From assembly GCA_965224525.1 (NCBI GenBank), contig OZ245050.1, positions 410,021 to 474,020 on the forward strand: DNA of 64,000 nucleotides, written 5' to 3'. Made by a program: the position numbers and the translations under genes. This stretch comes from Granulosicoccus sp. GTDB taxonomy: Bacteria > Pseudomonadota > Gammaproteobacteria > Granulosicoccales > Granulosicoccaceae. The notes beneath the pieces are model-generated. The model was not told the origin of the DNA. It worked only from the letters and a program-made list of their open reading frames with translations, and did no database searches. Shown here piece after piece: positions 1-9,565 of this stretch (the stretch's first letter is position 1; every line of letters begins with the position of its first letter).

Positions 1-2
1 TG

Positions 3-920
3 GTATCACCGCGTGAAAATATGTCGCAACGCATTGTGCGGCATTTCCAGAGAATCGATCAGCAATGCGCGCAGTCCATCCATATCGAATGGCCGGTTAA
101 TCCGTTGCGGCAGATTCCGGCTACTGTGGAAACGGTGTATGCGGGCGATACGCTGCATGTCCTTGGTTGGTTTGAACAACCGACGGGTGGAATAGTTCGC
201 CTGACCACGACGTTTGAGGACGGTCGTAGCGTAAGCCAGGATGTGCCATTGTCAGAAGAACCTGCAAACGATGAAGCCTTGCATTCCAGCCTGCCGAGAG
301 TTGCAGCCAGAATACGTATGGGCACGCTGGATTCTGAAGCTGCGGCAGAACTTGCCGAGCGCTATCAGCTGGTGACGGTACACACGAGCTGTGTGCTGGT
401 GTATGAACGGGATGACGATCAGAAAGCACAGGACATTCCTGCGTTGAGAAAAGTACCGCAGCTGCTTGCAGCAGGTTACGGTGGTGCGGGTTGTGTGGTG
501 TCCAGAATGCAGTTTTGCGCCGCGCCGCAGATGCAAGAATGCAGCTCTGCAGACTACTTTTCCATGCCGTCTTTTCCAGGAAGTCAGAATATCGTTACAT
601 TTGATGTGTTGATTTCAGCATTGAACAAGCGTTATCCGGACAGTGCATCTGCGCGGCTGGATATCAATACCATTGATGAGCTGGTTGAACTGGGGCTGGA
701 TCAAGCCATTGCCGATGAGCTTTACGAACTGGTGAATGAGAACGCACCTGTATCGGACAAGGATATAGAGGAGAAAATTGTTACCCTGTTTTTGTCGCTC
801 TTGGCAAAACACAAGCGTGGCAAGGGTTGCTCCCGGCATGTCAAAAGGCTCATGCGGCAGGCGAGTAAGCAGATTGCATTGCCTGCATCGGTGGTTGAGC
901 AGGTGGCGGATCTGATTTAA
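3..920 (+). CDS. hypothetical protein. The open frame runs from the window edge, so the true start is probably upstream of the window.
   Basis: A 299-aa ORF (21..920) sits in a frame with no stop back to position 3. No recognisable motif was read by eye. Confidence 0.4.
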   Translation, partial: VSPRENMSQRIVRHFQRIDQQCAQSIHIEWPVNPLRQIPATVETVYAGDTLHVLGWFEQPTGGIVRLTTTFEDGRSVSQDVPLSEEPANDEALHSSLPRVAARIRMGTLDSEAAAELAERYQLVTVHTSCVLVYERDDDQKAQDIPALRKVPQLLAAGYGGAGCVVSRMQFCAAPQMQECSSADYFSMPSFPGSQNIVTFDVLISALNKRYPDSASARLDINTIDELVELGLDQAIADELYELVNENAPVSDKDIEEKIVTLFLSLLAKHKRGKGCSRHVKRLMRQASKQIALPASVVEQVADLI

Positions 921-1123
921 TCAGCAGGTAACAGCCAGCACATTCGGGTAAGGGTTATCGGCGGACAGGTCGGGGCAGTTTATTTGAATCGACCATCAGC
1001 TGATAGCCTGTTGTGTGAAGTCGCACAAGAAAACAGTGTGCCGATGGCATACGAAGATAGGCAGCTCGCTCCGGGAAAGCATTGCGCACGCACAGCGTTC
1101 AACAAATTCGGATTTGCGCCCCG

Positions 1124-1300
1124 TCAGGTATGGATGACATCTATTCTTCTATCAGTTGCCGCAATGAGAACAGCGATATCATCAGGATCGGATGTGACTA
1201 TTTGATCTCCATTGTTGGCAAGAGCCACAACAGCTGAATCTATTGCATCGCTCAGACCGCTTCGAGCCAGAAGCACTCCAGCATCCAGTATCAAAGTCAT
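1124..1300 (-). pseudogene. 58-aa PIN/VapC-like toxin remnant (MTLILDAGVLLA...IVTSDPDD...IDVIHT). It appears to keep only the N- and C-terminal PIN motifs, as if internally deleted.
   Basis: The reverse-strand ORF start ATG overlaps the antitoxin stop (ATGA) at 1297-1300. The N-terminus resembles the start of a PIN domain and the C-terminus its end, but the length is about 45% of a normal VapC. The ORF is under 60 aa and so is missing from the supplied ORF track. Confidence 0.35.
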
Positions 1301-1578
1301 CCCTTGTGACGAAGATTTGATCGTCTGAATGTTGCTGCGGCGTCTCTATCAGCTTGTTGTTGTGCCGCCAGCTCTTCATCGGTTATGACGCCATGCTCGC
1401 TTTCAAAACCGGCAATCAAGTCGGCAAGTGCTGAGAGACGGTTATCCCTGTCCAGGCGCACTTGCAGCGCTTCATTGATCCAGGCACTCACAGAATCCGC
1501 GCGGCCTTCGGTGACAGCCATTTGTGCCGCTGCAAGCAAGCTGTCGTCCAGGGTTACCGTCAATCTCTTTTTTCTCAT
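1297..1578 (-). CDS. ribbon-helix-helix (CopG/VapB-type) type II antitoxin
   Basis: The 93-aa protein begins MRKKRLTVTLDDSLLAAAQ..., a typical RHH beta-strand/helix start. It is translationally coupled to the downstream small toxin-like ORF. Confidence 0.6.
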   Translation of the reverse strand: MRKKRLTVTLDDSLLAAAQMAVTEGRADSVSAWINEALQVRLDRDNRLSALADLIAGFESEHGVITDEELAAQQQADRDAAATFRRSNLRHKG

Positions 1579-1606
1579 ACTATGATCATACTATGGTATG
1601 AGAAAA
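1570..1606. promoter_or_regulatory. Hairpin palindrome (ttttctcatac / gtatgagaaaa arms) enclosing two direct CATACTATG repeats and overlapping the antitoxin start codon. Likely an autoregulatory operator.
   Basis: The 11-bp inverted arms and the internal direct repeats were read directly. The position at the 5' end of the RHH antitoxin gene is typical for TA autoregulation. Confidence 0.4.
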
Positions 1607-1706
1607 TGCATACTTTGAGTGGCTGCAACAGTACACAGTCTGAAGCAAGCATACTCATCAGCCGGGGCGCTTACTCGGCGCTGCCCGAAGCACTTGAGCA
1701 CAGATG

Positions 1707-2456
1707 TCAAGCGGGCAGTGGCAGTTCATTATTCACCAAAAAACAATCGATGGGAAAGCGGATGACTTCCCGGGCGTCTACTTGCTTGAATGACACGTCC
1801 GTTGCACTGGTTTCGCAAAACCACTGGCTCATCTCCCGAGGCTTTTTCTGAACAAAGGCATTCGGGGTAAACAGGCCCACACAGGTGCCTTTTTCCGGGT
1901 CACGTACAGATTGATACTCAAACACATCAACCGCTGCCTCTCTCATGCTGGAGCCCAACAATTGACTGGACTGGTAGCTCGACGGGTGAGCCAACTCAGC
2001 AAGGTATTCATCGAACGGCGCGACGTGAAGTTGTATACCGCTGGATGTTTTATAGTTGACAGAAAACAGAGTGTGCTCGGTACGCATCTTGTCCTTGACA
2101 GAATCTGCATCCATCGAAAACCAGAAGACCATCCGGTAGTAGGCTGACTCAGCCAACGCCACCTCAATACCACAACCGCCATAGAATATTCCAGGCTCGT
2201 GAGTACGGCCAAAACGAGACCCCCACTTCAATGGCGGATAGCGAAATGGTGTTTTCAAAAGATAGTGATAAGTGTCGCTGTCTTCCGGGAATGACGGCTT
2301 GATGCTCTCGAGCATCTCCTCCAGAAGCGCTTGCTCCTCAAGGGTGTCTACATAGCTCATCGTGGCTACTTGCTGCTGGCTCTCTACCAGTCGAAACAGT
2401 TCACCCTGCAGGAAGCCTGTATGTTGCGATCCTTTACGAGTCTGCCAGATCATCAA
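1707..2456 (-). CDS. RES-domain toxin of a RES-Xre (ParST/MbcTA-type) TA module
   Basis: A 249-aa protein with the conserved ...RYPPLKWGSRFG...FYGG... core of RES-domain proteins. It overlaps the upstream Xre-like antitoxin by 4 nt. A paralogue lies at 17001-17774. Confidence 0.8.
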   Translation of the reverse strand: MMIWQTRKGSQHTGFLQGELFRLVESQQQVATMSYVDTLEEQALLEEMLESIKPSFPEDSDTYHYLLKTPFRYPPLKWGSRFGRTHEPGIFYGGCGIEVALAESAYYRMVFWFSMDADSVKDKMRTEHTLFSVNYKTSSGIQLHVAPFDEYLAELAHPSSYQSSQLLGSSMREAAVDVFEYQSVRDPEKGTCVGLFTPNAFVQKKPREMSQWFCETSATDVSFKQVDAREVIRFPIDCFLVNNELPLPA

Positions 2457-2824
2457 AGCTTGGCGCGGATAGCATCAGTGAATCGTAAAACCGTCATCAG
2501 ACCCTGAATAGTTTCAATCTGTTTTGCCGGCACGCCTCCCGTAAGCTTGTTGGGAGAATGCATGAAGTGGCTAATCCATTCCCTGTCACCACCGGTGAGC
2601 GCGAACAAGGCACGTGCCAGACGTACCAGTAACAGAGCCAGTTCGCCTGGCTTGGATTTCGGGTCAAGAGACGGGTTCTGTTTCAGCCGGCTGATTGCCG
2701 TTCTATGCATCCCCAGCACTGTCGCCAGTTCAGACTGCTTGAGCCCGAGCTGTTCCGCTGCATTCAGTACCGCTTTAACCAATACCGCTTCAGGGGAGGG
2801 TTTGATAGATTCCAATGCTGGCAC
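2453..2824 (-). CDS. Xre-like (DUF2384-type) antitoxin partner of the RES toxin (ParS/MbcA-like)
   Basis: A 123-aa protein carrying an HTH (LKQSELATVLGMHRTAISRL) and the C-terminal DUF2384-like ...LTGGVPAKQIETIQGLMTVL motif. It sits immediately upstream of the RES gene in the same operon. Confidence 0.75.
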   Translation of the reverse strand: MPALESIKPSPEAVLVKAVLNAAEQLGLKQSELATVLGMHRTAISRLKQNPSLDPKSKPGELALLLVRLARALFALTGGDREWISHFMHSPNKLTGGVPAKQIETIQGLMTVLRFTDAIRAKL

Positions 2825-2829
2825 AGGTA

Positions 2830-2876
2830 GTATCGCAATGTTTTATATGCACATATTATATGCGATATGTGCGTAT
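2830..2876. promoter_or_regulatory. Nested inverted repeats (gtatcgca...tgcgatat; atatgcacatat...atatgtgcgtat) upstream of the Xre-like antitoxin. Putative operator.
   Basis: The inverted repeats were read directly from the sequence. They lie just 5' of the antitoxin start on the minus strand. Confidence 0.4.
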
Positions 2877-3033
2877 TTCACAATCTGAAGCAAGCGATGA
2901 CCGATCATGAGTGGTCATCGCTATGCCAACAGAGCACCACACGGGCGTTGTCATAATTTGAACAACAAGCCCGCCGAATAACACTGACTCCGTGTACACT
3001 GCGTTCGTGTCTTTGCTGGCTGACTATCCGAAA

Positions 3034-3267
3034 ATGACAAAAAACATCACATTAAGTGCTAATGAACAGCTCATTGAACTGGCGCGCAGCAGAGCGCAAA
3101 AAAGGCATACAACGCTGAATGCCGAATTTCGCCTGTGGCTCGAACAGTATGTGGGTGAAGATCATGAAGGTAAAAGCCGTGTTCATGCTTATAGACGGCT
3201 AATGGCTTCACTTGGGGCCGTAAAACCCGGTCGGCACTTTACCCGGGATGATATGAATGAGCGATAG
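3034..3267 (+). CDS. VapB-like antitoxin (RHH/Arc-MetJ-like); internal Met start chosen
   Basis: MTKNITLSANEQLIELARSRAQKRHTTLNAEFRLWLEQY... It overlaps the downstream PIN gene by 11 nt. The ORF track frame starts at 2992. Confidence 0.55.
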   Translation: MTKNITLSANEQLIELARSRAQKRHTTLNAEFRLWLEQYVGEDHEGKSRVHAYRRLMASLGAVKPGRHFTRDDMNER

Positions 3268-3739
3268 ATTCTTTATCGATACAAATATCCTGATCTACAC
3301 ATTTGACCGATCCAGCCCATCGAAGCGTAAAACAGCAATCAGTCTGGTTGAAACAGCTTTAGCCTCCGGCCTCGGATGTATCAGTTTTCAGGTTGTTCAG
3401 GAATGCCTGAATGTGTTGACCCGAAAATTTCGTGTGCCGCTGGATGCCGAACAGGCGCGCAATTATCTACAAACCACATTGATGCCTGTTTGTCGCGTGC
3501 ATTCGTCTATTCCGCTCTATGAAAGAGCGATTGATCTACACGAACGATGGCAGTTCAGCCTGTACGACACGTTGATTCTTGCTTCAGCGCTTGAGGCAAA
3601 CTGTTCTATTCTGTTCAGTGAGGATATGCAGCATAAACAGAAGATTGAATCCCTGGTGGTTATCAATCCGTTTACCGATACCCAACAGGTCAATGATGTA
3701 ACGGACAAATATCAGGTAGATAGCCCGGAGCATCCGTGA
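3257..3739 (+). CDS. vapC: PIN-domain ribonuclease toxin VapC
   Basis: MSDRFFIDTNILIY... carries the N-terminal acidic PIN motif. The 160-aa size and the overlap with the upstream small antitoxin gene fit a VapBC pair. Confidence 0.8.
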   Translation: MSDRFFIDTNILIYTFDRSSPSKRKTAISLVETALASGLGCISFQVVQECLNVLTRKFRVPLDAEQARNYLQTTLMPVCRVHSSIPLYERAIDLHERWQFSLYDTLILASALEANCSILFSEDMQHKQKIESLVVINPFTDTQQVNDVTDKYQVDSPEHP

Positions 3740-3902
3740 ATAGCACAGGTAACAGGTTGTAAATTCATAGTGCGTAGTAGGTTAGGCCCGCGGTTCCGAT
3801 ATTTTGGGCTGCTACATCGGCGAGTCAAAACGGCGGCTGGCAAAAGCGTTTGCCGATGTGGCCTTTTTGCGTTTGAGGTTGTGGGTGCCGTATGCTCTGC
3901 GT

Positions 3903-4460
3903 ATGAGCAATGCAGCGATCGACCGCGCAACTTACGTGGATATTCTGAAGTTGCCGGAAAACATCACGGGTGAAGTCATCAACGGGGTGCTTTATCAGCA
4001 ACCACGCCCGGCGCCGAGGCATGCCTATGCATCGTCCCGCCTGGGGGCGGCCATCAATTCCCCGTTCGATCGTGGGAAAGGCGGCCCGGGTGGCTGGTGG
4101 ATTCTTGATGAACCGGAATGCCACCTGGGAGCCGATATCCTGGTTCCGGATATCGCAGGCTGGCGCCGTGAACGCATGTCCTCTTTGCCGGATACGGCCT
4201 GGTTTGAATTGCCGCCTGACTGGGTTTGTGAGGTGTTGTCGCCTTCAACTGCCAGTAAAGACCGTATAGATAAACAGGGTGTATACCTGCGTGAGGGTGT
4301 TGGATTTCTCTGGTTTATCGACCCGGAGGCTAAAACACTGGAAGCCTTTCAGTTGACATCGGGCAGTTGGCTGCTCATTGCGGCACTAAGTGGTGAGGAT
4401 CAGGCGGCGGTTGCACCTTTTGACGACGTGCCGTTTGATCTGGGTGAGTTGTGGGCATGA
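3903..4460 (+). CDS. Uma2-family (DUF820) PD-(D/E)xK-like putative endonuclease
   Basis: The ...LSVDDY.../...ELI.GE.....P...H motif class is present. The internal Met gives a 185-aa product, typical of Uma2. The ORF track frame opens at 3804. Confidence 0.65.
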   Translation: MSNAAIDRATYVDILKLPENITGEVINGVLYQQPRPAPRHAYASSRLGAAINSPFDRGKGGPGGWWILDEPECHLGADILVPDIAGWRRERMSSLPDTAWFELPPDWVCEVLSPSTASKDRIDKQGVYLREGVGFLWFIDPEAKTLEAFQLTSGSWLLIAALSGEDQAAVAPFDDVPFDLGELWA

Positions 4461-4573
4461 GATGGCGCAGGCATAGAGGCGCTATTCTCGTCCGGGCATC
4501 GTTAAACTCGTGAGTGTCACCTGAGTGGCCCCACCATGGGACTAACATACCCGGAAAGGTACAGTAACAGATC

Positions 4574-7252
4574 ATGACAACCCGTAAATCAACCAAACTG
4601 ACACTGCACGACAAACTCTCTCGGCTGACATTTGTGCAGGCCTGCAAACTGCTGGGGCCCGATGGCGCCGGGTTTATCAGTCGCGGCGGGCGCTTCGACA
4701 TCGATATCGATCAACAGGTGACTCTGACCCGCCAGCAGTTCCGTCTTAACCTTGTTGGGCGCAAGCCATCGGTTGTCACCATTAAACTGGCAGACACCGC
4801 TACCCGGCGACTGGCCTGGCATTGCTCGACATCAAACGGTGCCTGCGATGAAGTGGGGGCTGCGTTGTCGCTGATTCTCGAAGAGAAAACTGCACTGGGG
4901 CTGGCAGCGGCACCGGATAGCCCGTTGCTACGTGCTGATCTCAGTGAGCTGGAGATCAACGCACTCGAAGTGACTGCGCGTGAAGAACGTGCAAAAAAAG
5001 AGCGCATGACGCTACGCTCAGCCAACCCCAAAACCCCCTGGACCGACTACCAGGTCACCAATAAAGCGTCGGGTAAAACCTATCGAGTGGCGTTGCGTGG
5101 GCATCATCCGGGTGAGTCGTATTGTTCCTGTCCCGACTATCGCAAAAATACCTTTGGCCTTTGCAAGCACACGATTCATGTATTGAACAAGGTGAAGCGC
5201 AAGTTCAGTGCCGCACAATTGCGACGCCCATTCAAACTCAAAGAGATTATCGTCTACCTGCAGTACGGTAAATCAGTGCAATTGCGCGCGGGTGTGCCCG
5301 ACAAGATTGATCGTGACGCTGAACGCTTGTTAAAACAGTACCGTAAGGGTTCCGTCAAGTCTATTCCAGCGCTGTTACGCGCCGTTGGAAAACTGGAGAA
5401 CGCGGGCCACACGGTCACTATTTATCCCGACGCCGAGCAGTACATCCAGCAGCGTTGCTGGCAGGCAAGAATCGAAAAACATGTAGCAGAGATTCGCAAG
5501 AAGCCAGCGAAACATCCATTGCGCAAGACGTTGTTGAAAGCCGAGTTGCTGCCGTATCAGCTCGATGGCATCGCGTTTGCGGCAGGAGCCGGCCGCGCCG
5601 TGCTTGCCGACGATATGGGTTTGGGTAAAACCATCCAGGGCATAGGTGTGGCGGCGCTGCTCAAGCGTGAAGCGAATATCTCGAGAGTTCTGATCGTTTG
5701 TCCCGCGTCACTCAAATCACAGTGGCGTGCAGAGATACACAAATTTTCTGATTTGGATTGCCAGCTGGTGGTGGGTAGTTCCGATAGCCGTGCCGCCCAG
5801 TATGACAACGACTGTTTTTTCACAGTGTGCAACTATGAGCAGGTGCTGCGGGACATATTGAGCATTGAGCAGGTACGTTGGGATCTCATCATTCTTGACG
5901 AAGGTCAGCGCATCAAGAACTGGGAAGCCAAGACCACACGCGTGATCAAGTCATTGAAGTCCCCTTTCGCCCTGGTGTTGTCGGGCACGCCACTGGAAAA
6001 TCGTATTGATGAGCTGTACAGCATTGTCGAGTTTATTGACGATCGCCGCCTCGGCCCCGACTTCCGATTTTATCAACGGCACCGCGTGCTGGATGACAAT
6101 GGCCGGGTTATCGGCTTTCAACACCTTAAGGAACTGCGCAAGAACCTCAAACCGGTGCTGCTGCGGCGCACGCGCGCCTCGGTGCTCGATCAGCTCCCGC
6201 CACGTACGACGGATATCGTTCGCATAGCGCCCACCGAAGAACAGCTCGAGTTACATGGTGCGCACATGAGAATCGTCAACAGCGTCATTGGTAAACCTTT
6301 TCTGAGCGAGATGGATTTGCTGCGTCTGCAAAAAGCCCTGTTGATGTGCCGCATGTCAGCTGACAGCACCTTCCTTTGCGACAAGGAGGCACCCGGTTAT
6401 TCCAGCAAGCTTGAAGCCATTGCGGATTTGTTCGATCGCATATTCAGCGATCCACACCACAAGGTTGTGTTGTTCTCCGAGTGGACGACCATGCTGAATC
6501 TGATTGAACCGCTACTGAAAAAACGCTCTATCGGTTTTGTGCGCCTGGATGGATCTGTGCCACAGAAAAAACGCCCGGCGCTGGTCAGTCAATTCGAGGA
6601 AGACAAGCAGTGTCGCTTGTTCATGGCTACCAATGCGGGTTCAACAGGGCTTAACCTGCAAATTGCCGACACCGTGATCAATGTGGACTTGCCATGGACA
6701 CCGGCGCTGCTGGAACAGCGCATTGGCCGCGTACACCGGATGGGGCAGAAGCGCCCCGTGCATGCATTTGTTCTGGTAACCGAAGACACTCTCGAAGAAA
6801 GCCTGTTGGCCACGCTGTCTGCCAAGCATGAGCTGGCACTGGCAGTACTTGATCCGGATTCGGATGTCGACTCCGTTGATCTGACCACCGGTATTGAGGC
6901 GCTGAAACAACGTCTCGAAGTGTTGCTCGGTGCACAGCCAGAAGCGGAGCGTGATGAGTCACAACGACGTGACGTCGACACCCAAACCAGAGCGCTGGCT
7001 GATCGACAACGCGTGTCGGAGGCTGGCGGACAGTTGCTGAGCGCGGCGTTTAACTTTCTCAGTGAAGTGATACCAGCACAGCCTGACACACCAGCATCGC
7101 AGGCACTGGCGACAGACCTGAAGCAGCGTTTTTCCGACTGTGTTGAACAGGGTGAAGATGGCAAACCGCAATTGACAATTTCGTTACCTGATAATGCGGC
7201 ACTGGATACCCTGGCTGAGTCGTTGGCGCAGTTGTTGGCTGCCCGGCAGTAG
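4574..7252 (+). CDS. SWIM zinc-finger plus SNF2-family (Swi2/Snf2) ATPase/helicase
   Basis: SWIM motif CSCPDYRKNTFGLCKHTIH. SNF2 ATPase motifs LADDMGLGKT, DEGQRIKN and a C-terminal HELICc region (LDGS...ATNAGSTGLNLQ...). Length 892 aa. Confidence 0.85.
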   Translation: MTTRKSTKLTLHDKLSRLTFVQACKLLGPDGAGFISRGGRFDIDIDQQVTLTRQQFRLNLVGRKPSVVTIKLADTATRRLAWHCSTSNGACDEVGAALSLILEEKTALGLAAAPDSPLLRADLSELEINALEVTAREERAKKERMTLRSANPKTPWTDYQVTNKASGKTYRVALRGHHPGESYCSCPDYRKNTFGLCKHTIHVLNKVKRKFSAAQLRRPFKLKEIIVYLQYGKSVQLRAGVPDKIDRDAERLLKQYRKGSVKSIPALLRAVGKLENAGHTVTIYPDAEQYIQQRCWQARIEKHVAEIRKKPAKHPLRKTLLKAELLPYQLDGIAFAAGAGRAVLADDMGLGKTIQGIGVAALLKREANISRVLIVCPASLKSQWRAEIHKFSDLDCQLVVGSSDSRAAQYDNDCFFTVCNYEQVLRDILSIEQVRWDLIILDEGQRIKNWEAKTTRVIKSLKSPFALVLSGTPLENRIDELYSIVEFIDDRRLGPDFRFYQRHRVLDDNGRVIGFQHLKELRKNLKPVLLRRTRASVLDQLPPRTTDIVRIAPTEEQLELHGAHMRIVNSVIGKPFLSEMDLLRLQKALLMCRMSADSTFLCDKEAPGYSSKLEAIADLFDRIFSDPHHKVVLFSEWTTMLNLIEPLLKKRSIGFVRLDGSVPQKKRPALVSQFEEDKQCRLFMATNAGSTGLNLQIADTVINVDLPWTPALLEQRIGRVHRMGQKRPVHAFVLVTEDTLEESLLATLSAKHELALAVLDPDSDVDSVDLTTGIEALKQRLEVLLGAQPEAERDESQRRDVDTQTRALADRQRVSEAGGQLLSAAFNFLSEVIPAQPDTPASQALATDLKQRFSDCVEQGEDGKPQLTISLPDNAALDTLAESLAQLLAARQ

Positions 7253-7697
7253 AACTGAATCCGGGAGACACGCTTTGCCGTACCCGGTACTTCCACTGAC
7301 ACGCGGTGTGTTTACTGCCGCCACCGGGAAGTTACTGATCGGATCAACAGGTGACTCGGCACCGGATACCTGGGGCCGGCGGTTAATGCAGCGAACAGAG
7401 CGACGCAACGCTGAACGGGAAGGGCGGATGAACGTACCTGTTCTCTGGATTTGCTGGAAGAGGCGGCCGGGTTGTTTGGTCTTGCACTGTCAGATGCGCG
7501 GGCAATCATCAAATCGGTTGCTATGGCGACTCGCCAGTGGCGAACGGCAACGGCATTTGAACACGATGACCTTGAGCGCGCCTTGCTTGTTGTCATAGTT
7601 AATACCAGCGGGCAGGGGTTGTCGGCAGCCAGGCGGAAGCGTTTTACTGAATCGCCCTGCAGCCGATAGTCTGCTTACCCCCAATGGATGTCCCTGC

Positions 7698-9392
7698 ATG
7701 GCAACCCTCATACCGCCCGTCAACATTGCCTCCATTGAGCCCTATAGTGAGCAACAGGTCATTGCTGCATTGATGGAGCAGCTACCGGCGGAATGTCGGC
7801 TGTATCACAACTTCGAGATTTTGACGCGTAGCGAAAAGACTGGCAAGAACAAGGGGACGGTCTTGCAGGAAGGGGAGATCGATGCTGTCGTGCTATGGCC
7901 AGGCAAGGGTTTGCTGGTACTGGAAGTGAAAGGCGGCGAAATTCGATACTGTGCTGAACAGTCCCGGTGGACAAGCAAAAACAGAAACGGTACTCACGAC
8001 ATCCAGGATCCGTTTCAGCAAGCTAAAAAAAACATGTACAGACTTATCAAGTCGATCGAGGGGGAGACCGGATCGAAGTTAAAAAATGCGTTGACACATG
8101 GTTTTGCAGTTATCTTCCCAAGCTCCCGAAGTGGGGGTCCGTTACCACACGGCGCTGATGCCGCAATCGTCTGTGATGCAAAGCGTCTGGAAAGCATCGG
8201 TCGTTTCGTTGATGGTGCGCTGAAACTCTGGCGCCGTGATTCAAACAAGCCGGCTCAGATGTCATTCGATTTCGAACAGGTACATCGTGCGATGTTGCCG
8301 GCTTTCAACCTGATGCCCTCGTTGAAGTCGCGCGTAGCCGGAGACAATGAACAGCTGTTGCGCTTGACTGAAGATCAGAGGAAGTATTTAAGCTTTGCCA
8401 GTAACATAAAAAGGGTGCGAATTAATGGCGTTGCAGGTTCTGGTAAAACACTGCTGGCGGTTGAGCAGGCGAGACGTTATAGCCGTGCCGGTCTGCGCAC
8501 CTTGTTGTTGTGTTACAACAAGTCACTGGCTGCCTGGATTCATGAGACGGTGGTTGTAGAGTCGGGTGATGCGCCGGTTGATGTGCATACCTTCCATGAC
8601 TTTTGCGCGCGTGCATGTAAAGAAGCTGTAATTACCTTCGACCCTTCAACTGGCGATGACTTCTGGACAGACCAGACGCCTGAGTTGTTGGCAGAGGCGA
8701 GTCACGCCATCCAGCCCTACGATGCTATTGTTGTTGACGAGGGGCAGGACTTTCGCGAAACCTGGTGGCTGGCGATTGAAGAGTGCCTGGTGAAAGACGG
8801 TCGATTGATGATTTTCTGCGATCCCCAGCAGGATATATTCGGTGCGGATGGGCTGGATGCAATTGATGTTGGTGATAGCATACTGGAGCTGCCTGAGAAC
8901 TGCCGGAATACTCAACACATTGCGCGTTTTTGCGATCATATCACTGCAGTCGAGACGTCTTCACCTGATAGTGCTCCGTCAGGCGTTCCGGTTAAATTAC
9001 AAGTAGAAGCATCGGATAACAAACGTCTGGCAAGAATCGAGGAGTTGCTGGATGGCTGGATCAAGCAGGAAGGTTTGTTGCCTTCACAAATTGCCATTTT
9101 GTCGCCATGGCGTCCGGAAAAAACCTGCCTGGCTGATGTTGAACAGGTCGGCCGTCATCAATTGACAAACAGCATTGAAGACTGGCGGAAAGGCAAGGGT
9201 GTTTTGCAAACAACAGTGCGATCATTCAAGGGTCTGGAAGCCGATGTGTTGCTACTGATTGATATCCCGAAACCCGATGCGCATAGAGCCTTCAGCACCG
9301 CAGATTATTATGTTGCCTGTTCACGGGCGAAGAGTGTTCTGCATGTGTTGGCCAAAGAGACGGCTGTCAAGAGTCTGGAAAAAGCTGCCTGA
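7698..9392 (+). CDS. NERD (nuclease-related domain) fused to a UvrD-like SF1 helicase/ATPase
   Basis: N-terminal EIDAVVLWPGKGLLVLEVKGG NERD signature. Walker A GVAGSGKT, Walker B VVDEGQD and a UvrD_C-like KGLEADVLLLID motif. Length 564 aa. Confidence 0.8.
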   Translation: MATLIPPVNIASIEPYSEQQVIAALMEQLPAECRLYHNFEILTRSEKTGKNKGTVLQEGEIDAVVLWPGKGLLVLEVKGGEIRYCAEQSRWTSKNRNGTHDIQDPFQQAKKNMYRLIKSIEGETGSKLKNALTHGFAVIFPSSRSGGPLPHGADAAIVCDAKRLESIGRFVDGALKLWRRDSNKPAQMSFDFEQVHRAMLPAFNLMPSLKSRVAGDNEQLLRLTEDQRKYLSFASNIKRVRINGVAGSGKTLLAVEQARRYSRAGLRTLLLCYNKSLAAWIHETVVVESGDAPVDVHTFHDFCARACKEAVITFDPSTGDDFWTDQTPELLAEASHAIQPYDAIVVDEGQDFRETWWLAIEECLVKDGRLMIFCDPQQDIFGADGLDAIDVGDSILELPENCRNTQHIARFCDHITAVETSSPDSAPSGVPVKLQVEASDNKRLARIEELLDGWIKQEGLLPSQIAILSPWRPEKTCLADVEQVGRHQLTNSIEDWRKGKGVLQTTVRSFKGLEADVLLLIDIPKPDAHRAFSTADYYVACSRAKSVLHVLAKETAVKSLEKAA

Positions 9393-9565
9393 TTTGCGTA
9401 TCTGCCAAACTTTCGGTACAGCAGCCTGGAAGCCATCTTCAAAAGGTACACCTCGGTTAGGACAGCACACTATCGAAGCAAATTCGGCATCCTCTTGCTG
9501 CGCAGTTCGTCTATCACTTGCGCAGAGAGCCTTATTGTTCCACTCTTGAATATATGAGGACGGAA

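Noticed and set aside
6589-7302. 237-aa Cys/Ser/Ala-rich ORF antisense to the SWIM-SNF2 gene (and similar long antisense ORFs at 47029-47340, 52694-53194, 53894-54235, 62754-63185, 63423-63818)
   Set aside because: They lie entirely within well-supported genes on the opposite strand. They have low-complexity composition typical of antisense frames and no motifs. I treat them as spurious.
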